Below the pieces are notes generated by a model, which worked only from the letters and a program-made list of their open reading frames with translations, did not search any database and was not told the origin of the DNA. From Iphione sp. A-MEVVRFRX5 (Eukaryota), in assembly GCA_976226885.1 (NCBI GenBank), contig OZ320313.1:49724001-49788000 (forward strand): 64,000 bases of DNA, in the 5' to 3' direction. This document shows, in pieces, positions 1 to 11,538 of the stretch; within the stretch, counting starts at the first letter, position 1; the number at the start of each line of letters is the position of its first letter. Both the position numbers and the translations under genes were made by a program.

Positions 1-330
1 AGACCAATTGTCAGCGCCAAAAACTGTCCAGCTGAGAAAATTTCCCAATTGGTGGACATAGTGATCAACCCATTGGTCCCCAAAATAGAATCATTTGTAA
101 AGGACACTGGTCATTTCCCTACACAAATTACAGAGACTGGAAAACCTCCTCCGCATAGCATATTAGCTACATTAGATGTGACCAGCCTATACACCAATTT
201 TCCGAATGCTGAGGGCATCAGAGCCACGCAGGAACTATTACTTAGGCATAGAAACACCGCTCTAAACCCTAGCATACCAATATCTTAAAACTACTAAAAA
301 TAGTAATTACATGTAAGAACTTCATGTTTA
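1..330 (+). mobile_element. Penelope-like element (PLE) reverse transcriptase fragment, frameshifted and truncated
   Basis: Frame 1 reads RPIVSAKNCPAEKISQLVDIVINPLVPKIESFVKDTGHF...ILATLDVTSLYTNFPNAEG, matching PLE RT motifs RPI(V/I)S, KDT.HF and LDV.SLYTN.P. After a frameshift near 280 it continues NILKLLKIVITCKNFMF, then is cut by a MITE at TTA 328-330. Confidence 0.85.
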
Positions 331-622
331 GGCAAAAAAATGGTTGTGTTTCTGGTAACGACCACCCAAAAACCTAGGGAGGGAGGGGGGTACCAGTATC
401 TTTAAAAAAAATTCTTTCTACTTTCTTCCTCTGGTTTTCAATAATAATAAAGATAATATGAAGAATTTTTGCAGTTTTTTTACTGAATTTCCATGGATTT
501 TATTGTTTTCTACTGAATTTACCAAAAATGTGCTGTGAATACACATATTTTACAAAATTTAGCATTGGAAACTCTTTGGCGCAAAAGTATTTTTAGGTAG
601 GGAAACGCTTGGAAACCGGGCC
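331..622. mobile_element. PIF/Harbinger-type MITE with a family A left end and body and a family B right terminus
   Basis: 331-601 aligns by eye to 9797-10083. The last 13 bp (TGGAAACCGGGCC) are the exact reverse complement of the family B TIR start at 53051. TTA lies on both sides (328-330, 623-625). Confidence 0.7.
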
Positions 623-1425
623 TTATTCCCCTTCTTCTGTATGGCGGCGACTTTGTCATATCCAGTGTTCATATGAAACATTTATAATGTGTATTAATCC
701 ACCTTCTCTAACGCTGTTCTTTGTCAATAAAAGAGAAGTCGAGCTGTACGCGCAGGCAGCGTTGGCCTAGGCTCGCATGACTGTACATCTAATGTAAAAG
801 TATTGCCTTTCTCGCTCAGCCTGCGGCCACGTCGTTCCCTGGTGTGCATCAGGAGCTGCTTGTGCCTGTACTGTGACAGAGCGGCTGAAGAACGACAGAA
901 ACCAGGAGGAACAATACGCCTGATGAATACTGTCTCCCCGCACTGTTATTCGCTGTACCCACTGTGAATGCTGAAGACGTGTCTCTTGAGTCAGTGAAAT
1001 GAATGACTGAGAAACAATTTCTTCTCGCGCTTTTGACCAGTGAGCAATCCACGGATCCCACCCCCAGTGCGCACATTTTCATACGGACTCATGACATTCA
1101 CATTGCTTTGTGCTTGATTGGTAGACTTTCTATTCTTTGTACAGTTTTCTGTTGATCAAGTGTCTCTACCGTAATCAGCGAGATCTGCGTGTAAAATGGT
1201 GGCATACTGTCCCCCAACCTATGCAAGTGCTGATCCTTGTCTCTCAGCATGTTGACTTTATCTGTCTTTCGGATCTATCTTTTGAATCAGGTGAAAACAC
1301 CACTAATACTGTGTTAATGAGATGGGGAAAAAACATGATTACCGCACATTTGCCGCACAGTACCAAACATATCCGCCCTTTGTCATCATTTTCACCCTGA
1401 TTTTCGCCGATTTGCTATTCTTTAA

Positions 1426-2580
1426 GGCACGGTTTCCATACCTGCGATACTGTCTGTGTGCATTTGTGTGAAATTCTGTGCATATTTATCCATCATGTTG
1501 ATTACTGTCTAGGGTTGCACCCCTGCAGATTACTGTCTAGGGTTCCACACCTGCAGGAGGCATCCAGGTGCGTTTGTGTGCATGGTCCATTCAAAATTAC
1601 TTACTCTCCGATTGATTGATTGATTCATTCATTTTATTGCATCTCAATAGTGTACAATGAGGTATTAATGCAACAATTTAATACTTTATTGAATATTTAT
1701 CAAAAGAAGGTAATTAAGTAAATTGGCATGTCTTTATAGGTATTTATACGAGCTCAAAACTTGATGGCACGGGGAATATCGAGAGCAGCCTGGTGGTCTT
1801 CAACATCACCAACTTCTTAAGATCCTCTGGCATGGCGTTCCACCCCTGGATGCCTCTATAGATAAAGCTATCATGGAATAATTTCTTCTGGGGTTTATAT
1901 TGGTTTAACAGATGACGTTTACTTGATCTCGTTCCTCCTCTGCCACGACTGTTCCATTCAACTATGCCAAGCAACTCTAGCATATATGAGTCAGTAAGAT
2001 ACAACGGATGTACATTAAATGACAGAGAGGCACCAATGATAATTTTGCAATGAGGCGTTTAGCTGACACTTCCCTCCTGGAGGGACCATGCAACAATACT
2101 CTCTTCAAGGCATTATTATACTCGATCTGTAGAGCCTGCTTTGCTTTCCTACTTCCTCCTATTACAAATGCCAGACCATATAGAAAAATTGGCTCAATGA
2201 AGGCCCTGAAAGCCCGAAAGCAGCTACTGAAGGGTAGGTCATGTAACATTTCCCACACATGCACAGACACAGCAATGCACTGCTAATTCTTCACATTTCT
2301 TTATGTCTTCACTTTCCACATAATTCATGCATGTCTGCACATGTCCACACATGTCAGTTTTTTTCTCTGCACTTTTCCCCGTCATTTTTACCATTTTTTT
2401 GCGGCTTTTAGCAGCATTTCTTTCGTTTTCTTAATTTTTCGCATCATTCCTGGAGGCTCCCACAGCCTCAGCTAGGGTACCCTTCTCTGGGAGCCTGCGG
2501 GAAACAAAGCCACACATGGTGATGCACACAGACAGTTCCTGCAGGATCCCATACCTCTCTGCAGGTATGGAAACTGGGTC
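1426..2580. mobile_element. PIF/Harbinger-type MITE family B copy, interrupted by a LINE fragment
   Basis: Left TIR GGCACGGTTTCCATACCTGC; right TIR reverse complement GACCCAGTTTCCATACCTGC (17/20 identical). TAA on both sides (1423-1425, 2581-2583). Internal 2260-2440 resembles the reverse complement of about 53230-53440. Confidence 0.75.
1611..2250 (-). mobile_element. 5'-truncated non-LTR retrotransposon 3' end (L2/CR1/Crack-like)
   Basis: Minus frames give ...FIEPIFLYG...YNNALKRVL...LFHDSFIYRGIQGWNAMPEDLK, the typical post-RT C-terminus (SF.YRG...WN.LP). This is followed by a 3' UTR with AATAAA and an (AATG)/(AATC)n tail at about 1611-1635. Confidence 0.8.
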
Positions 2581-2753
2581 TAAGCATAATATCTGTCCTT
2601 TTTCATAATTTTTCCTTTCATTTTCGCCAATTTTTGTTGATTTAAGCATCATTTTCATCCTGTTTCATCATTTTCCTCATGCACTGTTCACAACACACAT
2701 CAAGTAACACCCTGTGCATTTAGCTGCATGTTCTCACAGTCAAGATATGTTAC

Positions 2754-3115
2754 GGGGTGGGGAGTTAGCTCAGTGGTAGAGCACTGGTCCACTGATTGAG
2801 AGGTCGCAGGTTCAATCCCGGGCTTGGGACTCTTGATTACAACCAGACAGATTTACTGTAGCCCCAACCCAGAGTGGTCCACAACTCGTAAAAAGGCCGT
2901 GAGTGTATAGGATTCTGTCCCCTATGCACAAAAAGACCCCAGAAACCTATTCGAAATAAGAGTAGGGGACAACCCCGGGTATTCTGGTCTCACAATTCTC
3001 AACAATAGATGGTAGTATGCTACCCCAGGAGGATATGGAAGAGCTCTGTCCTGTGATGGAGAATATCTAGTTCCTGGTTAAAGATACAATGAAATGAAAT
3101 GAAATGAAATGAAAT
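2754..3115 (+). mobile_element. tRNA-derived SINE with Deu/Nin-like central domain and (GAAAT)n tail
   Basis: A box TAGCTCAGTGG and B box GGTTCAATCCC at tRNA spacing. The core GCACAAAAAGACCCC...TTCGAAATAAGAGTAGGGGACAACCCCGGGTATTCTGGTC resembles the Deu/Nin domain as I recall it. (GAAAT)x5 tail. Further copies at 6575 and 53655. Confidence 0.85.
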
Positions 3116-3708
3116 AATGCACTAGCTTGACAGTTAACGATATAGATAGGTGATATGTGAGATGGATACATTTAATGAGTTAGTGTCGGAAGAATTGGTT
3201 AAATGAGAATCGAGTATGAAACATATCAGTGTGCAAATAGATTTCTGCTTTCAGCAGTTCATTTTCTCTCAGTCAGATTTACTTAGGTTGCATGAAGATT
3301 GTGCCACATCGATGAACCTATATGTGCTACTGAGCCGTCTCTGCCTCTGTTTTTTTGTGTGTTTGTGTGTGTCCGCTTTGTAACACCAACTATTTATTAC
3401 TCCACAATTCAATGCGTTGGAAATAAATTATCCTCTCTCTCTCTTTCCCTCTCCCTCTGTCACAAGTACGAACAAGGGTGTACGTAATCCAACGAGTGAT
3501 GCTACTTTCGTAGGCCTAATCTTGCGTACAGAGAGTATAGTTTAGTTTTTATCTGGGCGGCTTTGTGTCGTCTCGCTAATCTCTGGTTCTTAGACCTCTG
3601 ACCTGAAAACTATGTGTGATATATCACACTGACATCTAGTGGTGGCCAAAGAATACGGTTATCAGTGTGGTCCAGCTAAGCCCACGTCCTCAGTCCTACA
3701 ATGTATTG

Positions 3709-3722
3709 GTTGCCATAGCAAC
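3709..3722. promoter_or_regulatory. RFX X-box motif GTTGCCATAGCAAC
   Basis: Full match to the X-box consensus GTNRCCNNRGYAAC. Function untested. Confidence 0.45.
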
Positions 3723-5394
3723 CCTTACTGCAGGGTCTCTGCATCATGCGTCTCGCCTAGATGACTTAACCCTTGAGGCCCCGTCACTGTGTTCTGTTTG
3801 ACAATTGTCTCAATACATGTAAGGTTACGCAAAAGATAGGACTTGGACTTAATTTTCATGTGTTTAGTCTGATTTTACGGCCATGTTTGCTGGAGAAAAT
3901 AGCCCGACTGTATCATAGTGTCAGGGAATCCGCGGGCATGGAAATGGTAAAACTGATGCTAATTTGGGCAAGAATCAGCAAAACTGATGCAAATTTTGCT
4001 GAAAAAAAAAATTGGCAAAACTAATGCACAGGTGTGCAAAATGTGCAGAGACAGACAGTTTTTGAATGACAATAGGTAACATGAACACCACTTTTCCTAG
4101 ACTTCATAAACATACGTACACAGCCATGAAAAAATGGAACATGCACCATTTCAAAAGCACAAAGACATCTGTTAAAACATTCTACACAGTACATGCATAC
4201 ATGGGAGCAGTCCTGCTGCTATTCTATATACCTAATATATGGCAGCACAACAACGAAAACAGTGGCACATGGAAATTGAGCCTAAATAACAAAAGCAGAT
4301 ACGGTGGTAGTGAGTAATATTTGATTCCAAATGGACTGACATCAGGACAGAGGTAGGCGTATACAAGTGCCACTCAGATTTTAGGTCCTAAGACTGACGG
4401 TCAGTCGGGAGCCACGTACTCTCAGCAGCCAGCACGTTGGCTTCTTTGCTTCAAATTTATTATTCATGTCTTGGTCAACCGTTTGTATTAACTTCAGTGC
4501 ACTTGCCAGTCGTCTCCGTGCACCTGCCACTCAGTGATGGCTGGCATACCTCTCGGGAAATTCTCACCGATAGCAAGAGTTGCTCGAAGCGTTTCCCAAG
4601 TGATGGCCCTCTGTTTGTTTTGAGCTGAAGTAGCCGCCAAAGTCAACTTCAGATGTAAAGGCACTACTCACTCTTCTACATCGTGAGGCAGCCGGTGTCG
4701 GCTCAGGCACTCGATCGAATAATACGCTTGAGAAACCCGAGAAAGCGATGTGAATGACATCTGGTTAAGCTGACAGTTGAGACAGACTCTAGACAAATGG
4801 CATGCAGGGATGTATTCGCGTGCAGACCTTTTGGATAGCAGGGAGAAGCAATAGACTTTCTACATGAGAGACACGGTTGCAGTGTGTGTTTGGTCTGCAT
4901 TCAGATATGGTTAGCTCTGATATAGATCTATGTACAGCTTATGACCATGATATTGATTAGCTAAAACCTGTGTAAGAATACATTCTTGAAATCGGTATGA
5001 CGTCCCATATGGTGCTGCCTTGGTGCTACAGTTTACAAAATATCTTAAATCTTATCCTCGATTATCTCTTTTTCTCCATCTTTTCGCTTGAAGAGTGTTT
5101 GTTTTGCCCGTCTGCAAAGGATACTGTCAACTTGGATACCCTCACCACTAGTTAAACCACTTCTCATAGGTCAGTTTTATGGTACTGTGGTCTGACCTCC
5201 CACTTTTGAGACTGACGTGCCAGTTGCACAAACCACCACATACATCATTGCCAGCATTGAATATTGTATTTGTCAGAGTGAACATTTCACACTGTGTCCA
5301 GTGAACATTGTGTCTATGAGAGTGAATCTTTTGTGCAGTGGTGCCGTGCTGCAGTGTGGTAGTACGGCATCTATAAGAGTAAACATTTCATTGC

Positions 5395-5565
5395 CAGTGG
5401 CAGTATCACACAGTGACCTACTGTGACACACTGACACATTGATGCATAGTGACACTGTGACAGACAGTGACACAGTGATATACTGTGACATACTGCCACA
5501 CACTATGATACGATAAAACATAGTGACACACTAACAAATTGTGACACTGACTGTGGCAGTGAAAA
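5395..5565. repeat. Degenerate low-complexity repeat (CAGTGA/CTGTGA/CACACT units)
   Basis: Many imperfect copies of ...cagtgacac/actgtgacac...; this explains the overlapping spurious ORFs here. Confidence 0.7.
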
Positions 5566-6574
5566 TAAACCAAAGTCAAGGAATAGGACATCACTATCAT
5601 TTTAACGACAATTCTTTTCATTATTTGTCTATTCCGTCATTCTGAAGTGATATTCTTTCCCTCTGTGATTCATTAATATTCATCGTTCTGTCCCTCCGTT
5701 TGTGTGTAAGCACAGTGGAATCGGAGTGCATAAAATCCTATCCTAAAAAGAGACCGGAGATTACTGCACACTGACACGTGAACGACCAGACGAGTGGTTC
5801 ACAAGGGGGGACAGCTATTCTAGTGATACATCAGTTATCTTATTTTAACACCTCATTAAACTCCAAATGTGATTAGGAAATACATGTATATTCATTGGTG
5901 ATTGCTTGTATTTGTTCTTCAGTGCTGAATGAATGGTTATTAAGCATTTTTAGTTTGGATGAAGTGTCATCTAAAGGGGAATGGCTCACCTTGTGTTGAG
6001 ACGGAAGTGGGGGTGCAAATTAGAGCCCCCACTGATCTTTTAGTATTAGAAGTTGGTAACTGGTTGAAGTTTAAAGTGATAGACATTAGACAGTGACTGA
6101 CTTTAGATATTCTAATGATTCCTAAGGAAGTCGCAGCCTGACTCATATAGGTCTACGAGTCTACGAGTTTGGAAACTGTTCCAACCAGCACTACCACCAT
6201 GTTTCGTCAAAAATATTGAGGTCATATATGCACTTGCGTATGTGCTCACTACAGAAGTGTATTTTATATTTTGCATATGCATTCGAAAAATAGTACTATT
6301 ACATTAGCTCTCTCTCACTTTGTGTACTGTGATAATCTTGAGCCATTTAATGACCTTGTATTGAAGACCGCAACGGTGTGTTGCTCATACCACTGCGCAG
6401 CAAATAAATGTGTCAGTTTGGTAGATTGTCATCGAGGAAACTAACATCTGACAGTTTGAAACCAGGCAGTGGTCATAACGCATGAAGATGAGGAATGTTA
6501 AGTTTACATAAGGTCAAATTGCAAGTTACCGCCCGAAATGAAACACATCATTAAACTTAACATAATTTCCATAT

Positions 6575-6611
6575 CATTTCATTGTATCTTTAACCAGGAG
6601 CTAGATATTCC
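6575..6611 (-). mobile_element. Very short 3'-end fragment of the 2754-3115 SINE, or of its partner LINE
   Basis: Reverse complement GAATATCTAGCTCCTGGTTAAAGATACAATGAAATG matches about 3061-3096 with one mismatch. Confidence 0.75.
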
Positions 6612-6879
6612 CAGCATTTTTTAATTAAAAAGAGAAAGATTGAAAGAATGTAGAGGAAATCATCAAGTCGAAATCGTTGTTCAATTTAATAATGTAGTAT
6701 GATATAAGGAACGAAAAACTTTCGGTGGACTCGTTGTGTAGATAGCTCACTACATACCTTACATACTCAGATAAGCTGTAGCATGCACTACTAATATTTT
6801 ATTGAGAATTTAATTTCATTTAGAGACTCCACACCGACTTATTAGAGAACCATCTATTTATTGTGAAATGAGGACAACA

Positions 6880-8110
6880 TTATCATCATGATTGGGTGCC
6901 ATCTTCATCATGAGGGTGGGCTGCCATGATCCTCCAGCTTCTGTGATCTTGTGCCTTCCTAATCAAATCATCATATTTCTTTATTCCATTCCCTTCCATG
7001 ATATTTTCATTTCATTCTGCCTTAGGTCTTCCTCTGCATCATTTTCCGTTTACTTTTCGTTCCAGTAGCAATCTCTGTAGGATTTTTGTTCTGATCATAT
7101 GTTTTTTGTTCTGACCATATGTCCAAAGTATACGAAAGTGTACTATCTTCCTCTTTTTTATGATAGGCAATATGTTGGGTTTATTTAGGATCATATTTAG
7201 GACCTCTTCATTCTTGATTTTCTGTGTCCAAGATATTTTCATGATTTTTCTACATACATACATTTCAAATGCTTGTAATGCCTTTAGACTGTTCTGACTC
7301 ATAGTCCATGTTTCACTAACATATAACAGTGTGGCCCACACATACAGCATATGATAATTTTTTCTTGTACATATACATTCATTGCAAGCTGTTAATGGAT
7401 TTGACATGTTACTGAAAGTACTTGTTGCTATTTCTATTCTTCTCATTATTTCAGTATAACATTTGTCATCATCAGTGATCAGTTGTTCCAAATATACAAA
7501 AGATTTTACCTGTTGAACATCAGAGCCATCAATATTTATTTTCAGTGGTGTGTTGTTGTTCTTGGAGATCAGAGTACTTTTGCTCTTTTTGGCATTTATT
7601 TTCATACCAAAATTCATTCCTTTGATGTTGACTTTAGTATTTGTTGCAGCTCTTGTTCATTTTTAGCAAGCAGTACTGTATCATCTGCATATCTTAGATT
7701 GTTGACTACTCTTTCACCAATATTTACTCCTTTTTCATTGTCTATGGATCTAAAAAGGTTTTCTGTATATAAATTGAATAGGGAAGGCGACAGCACACAA
7801 CCTTGACAAACTCCTCTTTTAATATTTATTTCCGGTGACAGACCTTCATCAGTTTTTATATAGGCTTTCTGATACCAGTAAAGATTTCTTATCAGTTTAA
7901 GATCCTGTCCATCCATATCCACCTGTTAAATTTTCTCGAGACTTTGGTCATAGTAATATAAGGGGTCCTGTCATTGCTTGAATAATAGAAGTGCACGTCT
8001 ATTGCACAGTACCATAATCTTTGACGTTCCTTTCGATTTCTTGAACACAATGTATTACCATACGCATACGCTACAGGTCCCATACCAGCCTGTTTCCACA
8101 AAATGAAATG
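6880..8110 (-). mobile_element. RTE-clade LINE fragment (RT plus C-terminus), decayed
   Basis: Minus frames: LIRNLYWYQKA...RGVCQGCVLSPSLFNLYTE...NNLRYADDTVLLA, then GMKINAKKSK...FVYL...EIMRRIEIA...LLYVSETWT...AFEM...ISWTQKIKNEEVL...GRP...SWR. Several frameshifts and stops; short (ATG)n-like 3' tail near 6880-6890. Confidence 0.93.
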
Positions 8111-9796
8111 GTTGCACATAATGCTGATGTACATGGTATTTCCCAGTGTCGTCAGCAAGAAGCTAAATCATATGACAGACACGACCAAGAAGTCAACAGT
8201 TTGAACCAAGAACTGTATGGCCATACACAGAACATTGTTATGATTTACATGCACGTGCAAATATGGTAGTTAGCACCTAGCTCTAGCAGCTTGGATTTCC
8301 CCTGTGGAAAATATATACCATTCTGGAAGAATGGTGAATGGTGTCAAATTCATAGATGCAGTATTAAGCATTGCCGAAAGATTCTATAAGTGGAATATTT
8401 TTACGTTTTTCATCATGTGTCCACTTTCTTAAGGTCAATGATTTTTGCAAAATTAGCATGTATCTCTGATTTTACAAATGTTACTAAAGTTGATATCGTA
8501 ACCTTTCACTAACGCTTTCCTGAAAGCTACTTTCTCAAGGCATTGTCAAAATTGCTTACAGCTTTCAGTGGTCCACAGCTTGTCAGAAGTTAAGATGTTC
8601 TCGTGCATATACCAAAGTGCTATAAGGCATGCGAAAATCTAAGAGGAACCCATGGCTTTCTTGTACATGTGCATAAACAACCATAGATGACATGATGGAA
8701 GGGCTAACTTTTAAAAAGCTGGATGGGAGGTTCATGGTTAAAACTTTGTGTACAACAGGCATACGATGCAAAGAAGTGTTCCTTTAGTGAGCTGAAAAAT
8801 CATGAAATAATGAAATATCAGTAAAAACTCATGGATATCATTAGTAATCCTGACTTGGTCAAAAAAGTCTTTGAAACTGCATCCCGTCTGCATCCGGTCT
8901 GCAACATAGTTTTGCTGCATCCCGTCTCTTATCGCTTGAAAGGAGATCGTGCATTTTCTAGCAAGGGATGAAACAAAGTACAAAGTACCAGGTCTTGCCT
9001 TTTGGGAAAAGAGACAGTACATTACGATTTAAGGGTGTGTGATGAGTGCACGCCCCTTTTCCCACAATCCGGTGTCTCTAGTTTTAAAATCAATTCTGAA
9101 TTTAGTGATGACATTAACATACAGACACAGTGTCAGAGACAATATCAATGAATTGGCCCCCTGATTACACACCATGCTGACGGTAGCTTTAGAATTGACA
9201 GAATGATACAGCAATCTCGACATCACCTGCAGGCCCATGAAATGCAGAAGCCTGAGAATTTCATGTTTGAACCATGGTAGTGTTAGAAATGGTCAACAGG
9301 TTTCTTCGGAACTAACACCAAGTTTACGTCTTCTTTATGCACGATGAGTACTAAAGGATTTTATTCTAGCCTTATCCTGGTATTTATGACGGGTTTGTTC
9401 CCACATTTTCAGTGGTTACGCCATTCTCACCCTTGTTATATTTATCATTTGTTATCTAGACAGTATGACATTAAACACCAGTCCCTCTAACATTCATAGA
9501 TGTGGGGATCGTTGAACAAGGTTATGTGACCCACAGTTCACTAGCGCACAGGGTTTTGAGGTCATTGTTAGAGGAATATTTTACATGCAGTGATCATGGC
9601 ATGTAGTCGATTGGTCAAGTGCGCGACATACATAAACTAGCACGTAACTGGCCGTCGATTCTTTTTTTAGTTGTACATTCTCTGTATTTCTGACTGATTA
9701 TTTTCTAGCAAATTTCCAATCTGCATTGTCTTTCAATATCTTTCGAGATATAGCTTATTTGCTCATATATACATGTAATCTATACGTCCTGGATTA

Positions 9797-10137
9797 GGCC
9801 AAAAAAATAGGCGTGTTTCTGGTAACGACCAGCCAGAAACCTAGGTAGGGAGGGGGGGTATCATTTAAAAAAAAAAATTTCCAGTTTCTTTCTCTGGTTT
9901 TTAATAATAATGAAGACAATATCAAGAACTTTGACCAATCTGTATGAGTTTTATAGTTTTTTGGTGAATTTCCATGAATTTTGTTGTTTTCTACTGAACT
10001 TACCAAAAACGTGTTGTGAAAACACATATCTAAGGAAATTGAGCCTTGGAAACTCTTTGGGGCCAAAATAGTTTTAGGTAGGGTGAAGTTTTACTAAGTA
10101 GGGTTGGATTACCAGAAACACACCTATTGTTTTGGCC
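9797..10137. mobile_element. PIF/Harbinger (Tourist-like) MITE family A, complete 341-bp copy
   Basis: TIR GGCCAAAAAAATAGGCGTGTTTCTGGTAA versus right-end reverse complement GGCCAAAACAATAGGTGTGTTTCTGGTAA (27/29). TTA target duplication at 9794-9796 and 10138-10140. Confidence 0.9.
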
Positions 10138-11221
10138 TTACATTATAGGTAAATGCAGAACTAATTTTGATATGCATATATGTTCTGATAATGTGTATAC
10201 ATATATACTTGTATTTCAGTTATCGATCTGTTCGAATATAGAGTTGAGACTTGCTGTCCAATGATTCATGTACTTAGCATTACGCCCTAGTATAGCCAAA
10301 TTTGGTGGCAAGGTGGCTCAGCAGTGTTCTTCAGTGTAGTGGTAACTGATACTTGTCAGATTAGCGTCCGTGACAGAGGTTGGTCATGCAAAAGGTGGCG
10401 GGTGTGGAAGGTTCGCGTCCTTGGGAATAGCGCTTTAGGATATTGGTCCTATGCAGTGAATAAAAGACACCTTGGATTGGTTGTGAGATTCTTTTATTGC
10501 AACCCACGGCTTCCAGTATCGAAGTGTCAAACCAACAAGGAAGGCCAAATTACTCACGTCCCGTTTTTTGTGTTGCAGGGTGTCCCTACAATAATTATGA
10601 GAAAGAGGACCACTGGTATTCACATACCTGTCACAAAAATAAGGTCAATGCAAAGGCCCAAAAGAATAAATACGGATTTATTTTTTATTTGATCAGCAGA
10701 CCGTATAAAACGGACACTTGCAGTCTCGGGTTGTACAAGTTGTACAAACCACCTCGTTAATGACAGCCACACAAATCGATGTTTTTTTTTAACACATCTG
10801 CTTCGTGATCTTGTAATGGACGGTAATCATACTATCAAAAGAGAAGAGAAGAGAACCTGTGATAGCAAGCGATAATATAAACATTGTGTATATAACGACA
10901 ATAGACATCCTAACGCATGTATAACATATTACAAAATGTATATTATATTCTGCTACATAGTGCATAAACTGACGTATGGGGGGAGAACTGAACCTACTAT
11001 ACAGGACCGGTGCATTGGGCAGAAGCCGCATGTAATAATAGTGTGGAATACATGTAGTATATTTTTGGGGTGTCCGGTTGGTTAAACTTACAGGCTGTAA
11101 AAGAGAAGTCACTGGCCACAGTCTCAATTGAAGTACTTTTTAATTAGTATTTCTTATCAGTAGTAAGTCATAACTCTCAGAGGCCAGGTGTAGATTAGAG
11201 TTGTTTATTAGGCGTAAATTT

Positions 11222-11258
11222 CCCAACGTTTCGTCGTGTTGATTGACTTCTTCAGGGG
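11222..11258 (-). ncRNA. Candidate minimal type I hammerhead ribozyme of the PLE-associated kind
   Basis: Minus strand reads CCC-CUGAAGA-A-GUC-aaucaacac-GAC-GAA-ACGU-U-GGG: core boxes, 3-bp stem II, palindromic ACGU stem III, GUU cleavage triplet and CCC/GGG stem I. Confidence 0.6.
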
Positions 11259-11538
11259 TTGTGTTGGTATATGCTAGTGTATTGAGGTACCCTTAGGTGT
11301 AATTAATTAGTATTAATTAGTATTTGTCCATATGTATTGCTGAATTATTTGTTTAAGTCGGAGGTCGGTTGATGGTCCAGTCATGCCGGCTTTATAACAT
11401 ACATGCATTTCGGTTTCATAAGCTGTCGGCTGTAGGTGTGTGCGCCTAAGATACATATCGAGAAGCATACAGATAGGTAGAGATAATGATTATCGACCAG
11501 ATGTGATGAAAACTTGTACCTGTACATATATATATATA

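Noticed and set aside
2754-2830. Functional tRNA gene
   Set aside because: The acceptor stem does not close properly, and the sequence runs straight into a SINE body that is repeated elsewhere in the window.
10310-10500. Second SINE with A-box-like and B-box-like strings
   Set aside because: The boxes are about 95 nt apart, no tRNA fold is evident and no second copy was seen.
10579-10643. Possible plus-strand exon GCPYNNYEKEDHWYSHTCHKNK
   Set aside because: Reasonable acceptor but weak donor (GTCAAT), and it does not fit the tetraspanin frame or any family I recognise.
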